From contig CAZGLC010000031.1 in NCBI GenBank assembly GCA_964526235.1, positions 1-24,000 of the forward strand: a DNA stretch of 24,000 nt. The letters are read 5' to 3'. The first letter of the stretch is position 1. The number at the start of each line of letters is the position of its first letter. The stretch is from an uncultured Bifidobacteriaceae bacterium (GTDB lineage Bacteria; Acidobacteriota; Vicinamibacteria; Vicinamibacterales; UBA2999). A program made the position numbers and the translations under genes. The notes under the pieces were generated by a model. That model was not told the origin of the DNA and did not search any database. It was given only the letters and a program-made list of their open reading frames with translations. This document shows, one piece after another, positions 23,451 through 24,000 of this stretch.

Positions 23451-24000
23451 GTGGCGCGCAAGCTGAAATCGGACAGGATCCTCTTCATCGCCACGCTCGT
23501 GCTGGTGTGCACGAGCATCGTCATGGTGTACAGCGCCTCGGCCGTGCTGGCGCTGGAGCGCTACCAGCAGCCCTACCTCTTCGTCATCCGGCAGGCGATG
23601 TGGACGGTGCTCGGACTGGCGGCGCTCTGGGTGGCAATGCGCATCGACTACCGCGCGTACCGGAACGACGCGTTTGTGTGGGCGCTTCTGGCCCTGGTGG
23701 CGATCACGCTGGTCGCGGTGCTCTTCAGCGCGCCGGTCAACGGCACGCGCCGGTGGTTCGGCATCGGCGGACTGGGCGTTCAGCCATCGGAGCTGGCCAA
23801 GCTCGCCTGCGTCCTCTTCACCGCGCTCATGCTCGAACGGCGGATGCACCGGATCGACGAGCTGTCGTACTCACTGCCGTCGATTGGCATCGTGGCCGGC
23901 GCGATGGTCGGGCTCATCCTGCTGCAGCCCGACTTCGGCACCGCCATGGCGCTCGTGCTGATCGTCGCCGCGATGGTGTGCGCGGCAGGCCTCCACTACC
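23451..24000 (+). CDS. ftsW: Peptidoglycan glycosyltransferase / cell division protein FtsW (SEDS family), N-terminal 183 aa; continues beyond the window
   Basis: Absent from the ORF track because it has no stop in the window. From GTG 23451 (AGGGG 4-5 nt upstream; in-frame TAG at 23391-23393 and no other start codon between): VARKLKSDRILFIATLVLVCTSIVMVYSAS...RRWFGIGGLGVQPSELAKLACVLF...LLQPDFGTAMALV. These are SEDS signatures (QPSELAK, QPDFGT), and the gene is in the conserved position after murD. Confidence 0.9.
   Translation, partial: MARKLKSDRILFIATLVLVCTSIVMVYSASAVLALERYQQPYLFVIRQAMWTVLGLAALWVAMRIDYRAYRNDAFVWALLALVAITLVAVLFSAPVNGTRRWFGIGGLGVQPSELAKLACVLFTALMLERRMHRIDELSYSLPSIGIVAGAMVGLILLQPDFGTAMALVLIVAAMVCAAGLHY

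Noticed and set aside
23203-23466. 87-aa plus-strand ORF in the murD-ftsW spacer (and the minus ORFs 23120..23524, 23262..23849)
   Set aside because: Arg-rich with no ribosome-binding site and no family resemblance. It overlaps the ftsW start in another frame. The spacer is better described by its RNA-like stems.

Overview
High-GC (about 70%) bacterial chromosomal segment; the phylum cannot be assigned from the sequence alone. It has two divergently transcribed blocks that meet at an intergenic region around 13722-13915. The left block (1-13721) is entirely on the minus strand. It encodes a partial rhomboid protease, an Fsr-like MFS transporter, the lipid II flippase MurJ, a GatB/YqeY-domain protein, a two-domain GNAT-like acyltransferase and a secreted proline-rich protein. 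Next comes a roughly 1.3 kb low-GC islet with a decayed STAND-like P-loop NTPase and small membrane ORFs. After that is a tightly overlapping ychF-led glycosylation operon: GT4, three GT2 polyprenyl-phosphate-sugar-synthase-like enzymes and two extended SDR epimerase/dehydratases. The right block (13916-24000, plus strand) is a canonical dcw cluster: mraZ-rsmH-ftsL-ftsI-murE-murF-mraY-murD-ftsW, with ftsW partial. I see no rRNA, tRNA, CRISPR array or intact mobile element, and I cannot point to a clearly novel multi-gene system. The observations most worth a second look are non-coding or atypical. (1) The low-GC islet with the frameshifted NTPase. (2) A roughly 190-bp nested inverted-repeat element at 5605-5793. 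(3) An octamer-periodic repeat family (CACNGAGN / CTCNGTGN) that forms a 23-bp hairpin over the murD stop codon and recurs in other intergenic spots. (4) An unusually long, structured 266-bp murD-ftsW spacer whose stem mismatches are G-U wobbles only on the plus strand. (5) A textbook-like triple GTGGA MraZ operator overlapping the mraZ ribosome-binding site and start codon. (6) Two 19-nt direct repeats with 13-bp palindromic cores upstream of it. (7) An SDR paralogue lacking the catalytic Tyr. Most long ORFs in the supplied track are antisense shadow ORFs typical of high-GC DNA, and I rejected them.
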